From assembly GCA_051362555.1 (NCBI GenBank), contig CM120640.1, forward strand, positions 41,828,788-41,892,787: a DNA stretch of 64,000 nucleotides. The letters are read 5' to 3'. A model generated the notes under the pieces. That model ran no database searches and was not told the DNA's origin. It saw nothing but the letters and a program-made list of their open reading frames with translations. Positions 62,597 through 64,000 of the stretch are shown here, one piece after another (the first letter of the stretch is position 1; the number at the start of each line of letters is the position of its first letter). This stretch comes from Lingula anatina. Its lineage: Eukaryota; Animalia; Brachiopoda. Made by a program: the position numbers and the translations under genes.

Positions 62597-63913
62597 CTAC
62601 GTGGTATCTGGACACACGTCGTTCACGGTTAATGAATCTAGTCTTTTTCCCTTCAAAAAGTTTGGAGACGCGCATGTTGTAACATGGTCATTGACAAAAG
62701 CTACCCAGTTTATGCCCTTTGGTTTTGGCCCTTTCACTTTCTGAATCCAATTGATCATAAACTTTGTTTCTGGAGTACAGGAGCAATTATAAGGGTTGTT
62801 GCTGAGGTCTCTGAAAAAGATTGAAGATAGCGTGGAGCAGTTTTAACTTCAGTGACGATTTTTACTTTCAGTTATATCGAAACCCAATGAAGTAAAACTC
62901 AGAACAGCAGTGCATATCTAAATTGTCTGTCACGAAAATAACCGATATCCAAATGAAAAGATTACATTTTAAAACATTGTAGTTGCTTTTTAAAATATTT
63001 AATATCATACACATGTATGAAGTCAATTGTCATAATAATTCTAAATTGTAAAATTTCAATTATGATAAGGAATGCATGGTCAGGCATATTGTAGTGCATG
63101 TGTACTCGGCAAGTTACTTACACTGCCATCAACTTGGTGAGTATAGCTGCTGTCTCCTTGTTTATGTTGAAAATATTGTTTTTATTCAGATACCTGATGC
63201 AAAGATAACATATATATAAATATATCATACAAAACAAGTGCTTAAACTAAATTAGGATGTGTATTTTTAAATAGTTTTTAAATGTCGACGAAAAGCCGTG
63301 CTTGTTAACAATATCGTACATGTTCCACAAAAATAATATTTTTATCTTTTATTCTGAAACATGTTTCTGTAAAAATTGATAACAATCATGTTCTCATCAT
63401 TCTGATCAGATTACTTACAAGGTGACTAAATGCGGCAGTTTATCAAATATACTCTTCTCTAAGGCGATAAGATGATTTCCTGCAAGACTTCTGCAAAATA
63501 AAAAAAAAAACAGTGTATATGTACAATGTTAAAAAAGAAAATAGGCCAAATTTTCTTCTCTAAAAAAGAAATTAATTAATTAATAGATTAATAAAAAAAT
63601 AATGCTAATAAATAAAAAAATAAAAATAAAAATAAATAAAATAAATAAATAAAAACAATGTGTCACATAAGATTTTCAATCTAGACAAATTGACTTTTTG
63701 TACAAGAAACTATTGAGTAATTGACCATTTTCTTATCTAAAAAAAAGGAACTGCAGGGATTAAACAAAAATTACAAATCTGTCGTCTGTGTCGCAATTCC
63801 TTCTGGGACCTTCGTCAATCCATTAACTCCACAATTTGTTTTATACGCCTTTTTTGGGCTGAAATATTCGGTATTCAACGCTTGACATTCGCAATTCGGT
63901 GGGCAGGGCATAT
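62597..63913 (-). CDS. Small extracellular leucine-rich-repeat protein (LRRNT-LRR-LRR-LRRCT), 5' end outside the window
   Basis: Exon 63913-63775 encodes DMPCPPNCEC...TNCGVNGLTKVPEGIATQTTDL (LRRNT; branch point CACTAAC upstream). Two 72-nt phase-2 LRR exons follow: 63490-63419 (SLAGNHLIALEKSIFDKLPHLVTL) and 63193-63122 (YLNKNNIFNINKETAAILTKLMAV). The last exon 62810-62597 encodes DLSNNPYNCSC...WI...CASPNFLKGKRLDSLTVNDVCPDTT* (LRRCT). None of this is in the ORF track. Confidence 0.88.
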
Positions 63914-64000
63914 CTGATGGATCAAACACAGATCGAGGTTAGTGAAAGTAATAATAAGAAAACAGTGCTAAACGACAGACATAACAAAGAAAAATGTTAA

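Noticed and set aside
63914-63967. Apparent frameshifted signal peptide (TVFLLLLSLTSICV*) before the LRRNT
   Set aside because: The stretch is a polypyrimidine tract with a CACTAAC branch point ending in CATCAG, so it is an intron 3' end and not a frameshift.

Overview
AT-rich (about one third GC by eye), intron-rich animal genomic DNA, most likely from a marine invertebrate such as a mollusc (inferred from repeat style and gene content, not proven). The ORF track is mostly noise because the real genes are spliced. Reading GT-AG exons by hand gives eight protein-coding genes: a multi-pass membrane RING-H2 E3 ligase (RNF145/RNF139-like, -), CYP26 (+), METTL27/WBSCR27-like (-), MRPL55 (+), SPATA6-like (-) head-to-head with FAM32A (+), an unassigned 138-aa four-exon gene (-), and a divergent protein kinase (-). 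The window also holds the 3' part of a minimal LRRNT-LRR-LRR-LRRCT protein gene (-) that runs off the right edge, and a probable decayed three-exon secreted-protein pseudogene. Mobile DNA includes an internally deleted Sola2-like element in FAM32A intron 1, two Tc1/mariner remnants, Harbinger-type MITEs and two related CAGGGG-terminated MITE families with variable TSD length. Best leads: clusters of nuclear-receptor half-sites (IR0, DR2, DR5, DR8) upstream of CYP26, a duplicated promoter plus 12-nt first exon for the kinase, frame-enforced mutually exclusive exons in SPATA6, the orphan gene and the minimal LRR protein. There are no prokaryotic systems and no CRISPR arrays, and no rRNA or tRNA genes were recognised.
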